Positions 61,803 through 64,000 of a stretch of 64,000 nucleotides of DNA are shown here, piece after piece. The stretch lies in contig NIVC01003208.1 in assembly GCA_002269645.1 (NCBI GenBank), positions 1 through 64,000 of the forward strand. The letters are read 5' to 3'. The stretch is from Macrostomum lignano. Taxonomy: Eukaryota. The translations under genes were made by a program, and so were the position numbers. The notes under the pieces are model-generated. The model was not told the origin of the DNA. It saw nothing but the letters and a program-made list of their open reading frames with translations, and did no database searches. Numbering within the stretch: position 1 is the stretch's first letter; each line of letters opens with the position of its first letter.

Positions 61803-64000
61803 TTAAATAGTGATCCAGCGAAAGATGATGAACCCCGAAGGCTCGACATTCGCCCCGATGGCCTGATAATTTTGGCGGCGTCTTCGAGCCTGCAGCCACA
61901 GGGCGATGAAGCCAGCAGACAGCGGAACCAGCAACAGCAGCCACAGCAGCTGCAGCTTGCTGGGCGGTCGTTGGCCCGACGGTATCGGAAAGAACTCGTC
62001 GGTGCCACCGCTCGGCATGGCGCAAACAAAGTTGCGCGACATCGAGTTGCCCTGCGTCATTGTTATGAAGTATTTTGCAGTCAGCCAGAGGTAGGCAGTG
62101 CGCTCGTCGCGGCCGCAACCTCTGCTCGACCAGTGGCTTGGCGGCGGATTGCTTATCATGGTGTCGCATTGGATCCAGTCGGCTGATTCTCTGCCAAGCC
62201 AAGCGGTTTGTAGGAACCCCGTTTTCTGCTGTGCTTTGACACGGCTTTGCCAAAGAATGCCAAAAAGAGAAGGGAGACAGGAGAGAGAAGGGAGACAGGA
62301 GAGAGAATGGAGACAGGAGAGAGAAGGGAGACTTAAGAGAGAGAAGGGAGACAGGAGAGAGAAGGGAGACAGGAGAGAGAAGGGAGACAGGAGAGAGAAG
62401 GGATATAGGAGAAAGAAGGGAGACAGGAGAGAGAAGGGATACAGGAGAGAGAATGGAGACAGGAGAGAGAAGGGAGACAGGAGAGAGAAGGGAGACAGGA
62501 GAGAGAAGGGAGACAGGAGAGAGAAGGGAGACAGGAGAGAGAAGGGCAGGAGAGAGAAGGGAGACAGGAGAGAGAAGGGAGACTTAAGAGAGAGAAGGGA
62601 GACAGGAGAGAGAAGGGAGACAGGAGAGAGAAGGGAGACAGGAGAGAGAAGGGAGACAGGAGAGAGAAGGGAGACAGGAGAGAGAAGGGAGACAGGAGAG
62701 AGAAGGGATATAGGAGAAAGAAGGGAGACAGGAGAGAGAAGGGATACAGGAGAGAGAATGGAGACAGGAGAGAGAAGGGAGACAGGAGAGAGAAGGGAGA
62801 CAGGAGAGAGAAGGGAGACAGGAGAGAGAAGGGAGACAGGAGAGAGAAGGGAGACAGGAGAGAGAAGGGAGACAGGAGAGAGAATGGAGACAGGAGAGAG
62901 AAGGGAGACTTAAGAGAGAGAAGGGAGACAGGAGAGAGAAGGGAGACTTAAGAGAGAGAAGGGCAGGAGAGAGAAGGGAGACAGGAGAGAGAAGGGAGAC
63001 AGGAGAGAGAAGGGAGACAGGAGAGAGAAGGGAGACTGGAGAGAGAAGGGATGCAGGAGAGAGAAGGGAGACAGGAGAGAGAAAAGGGAGACAGGAGAGA
63101 GAAAAGGGAGACAGGAGAGAGAAAAGGGAGACAGGAGAGCGAAGGGAGACAGGAGAGAGAAGGGAGACAGGAGAGAGAAGGGAGACAGGAGAGAGAAGGG
63201 AGACAGGAGAGAGAATGGAGACAGGAGAGAGAAGGGAGACTTAAGAGAGAGAAGGGAGACAGGAGAGAGAAGAGGGACAGGAGAGAGAAGGGCAGGAGAG
63301 AGAAGGGAGACAGGAGAGAGAAGGGAGACAGGAGAGAGAATGGAGACAGGAGAGAGAAGGGAGACAGGAGAGAGAAGGGAGACAGGAGAGAGAAGGGAGA
63401 CAGGAGAGAGAAGGGAGACAGGAGAGAGAAGGGAGACAGGAGAGAGAAGGGAGACTTAAGAGAGAGAAGGGAGACAGGAGAGAGAAGAGGGACAGGAGAG
63501 AGAAGGGCAGGAGAGAGAAGGGAGACAGGAGAGAGAAGGGAGACAGGAGAGAGAAGGGAGACAGGAGAGAGAAGGGAGACAGGAGAGAGAAGGGAGACAG
63601 GAGAGAGAAGGGAGACAGGAGAGAGAAGGGAGACAGGAGAGAGAAGGGAGACAGGAGAGAGAAGGGAGACTTAAGAGAGAGAAGGGAGACAGGAGAAGAG
63701 GGACAGGAGAAAACCGGAAAAACAATCGTGACTTTTTCATAAAAATGAAACTCGTGACTCTCAAATAAGAGCTTTGAGAATCTTCAGCTCACTTTCTAAG
63801 GATGCATAGCGAAATTCCAATCACAATATACTAAATCTCTAATTGCTGCAGCAAATAGAAAGCAGAGAAGCTCACATGTCTAGCGGAGTGCCGTCAAGCC
63901 AGTAAAGCTTTCCGGGCCCAGCCGTAGTGTTGTCCGTCAGTCCGATCCACACAGGATGGGGGAACCTGAACCGCTCAGCCAGCTCCTTGACGCTGCGAAT
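61803..64000 (-). CDS. 3' part of a C-type lectin-domain single-pass membrane protein (runs off the window)
   Basis: Exon 63876-64000: VWIGLTDNTTAGPGKLYWLDGTPLD then AT|GTGAGC. Last exon 61803-~62244: AWLG...QCDTM...HWSSRGC...NFVCAMP, TM LQLLWLLLLVPLSAGFIALWL, then ARRRRQ and stop. The acceptor at 62245/62244 is inferred from phase. Confidence 0.7.
62265..63712. repeat. 18-bp GA-rich minisatellite in the lectin gene intron
   Basis: Unit GGAGACAGGAGAGAGAAG. Confidence 0.95.

Noticed and set aside
62098-63764. Charged RETGER/EKGDRR ORFs
   Set aside because: Translations of the 18-bp GA array inside the lectin intron.

Overview
Eukaryotic (metazoan) genomic DNA with GC-rich spliced exons, introns packed with unrelated minisatellites, and AT-rich stretches. 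The architecture and the PFK sequence suggest a flatworm such as Macrostomum (inference, not verified). Seven spliced genes could be reconstructed by hand with phase-consistent introns: (1) a PAN-like plus ALK/LTK-type glycine-rich protein (+, ~987-2386); (2) ATP-dependent 6-phosphofructokinase (-, 4562-12895, one 1-bp frameshift); (3) casein kinase 1 alpha (+, 19015-24508); (4) an uncharacterised 5-exon protein (+, 30126-34206); (5) an RNF19/Dorfin-type RBR E3 ligase (-, 45526-49590); (6) a small basic 2-exon protein (+, 50290-50827); (7) the 3' end of a C-type-lectin transmembrane protein (-, 61803 to beyond 64000). There are about 30 tandem arrays, including an 8.6-kb 17-bp satellite with higher-order structure. 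Mobile elements: a palindromic MITE, a 5'-truncated RNase H LINE with a 16-bp TSD, a Ty3/Gypsy gag relic and a probable 2-kb solo LTR. The most unusual signal is a set of multi-kb, nearly CpG-free, TpA-rich domains (~12.3-15, ~16.3-19 and ~50.9-55.7 kb). The first two flank a CpG-retaining patch that looks like a bidirectional promoter. The two arms of the MITE inside them differ mainly by CA/TG versus TA, suggesting a locus-restricted CpG plus CpA C-to-T process. No CRISPR, rRNA or tRNA was recognised. Most long ORFs in the track are repeat artefacts.
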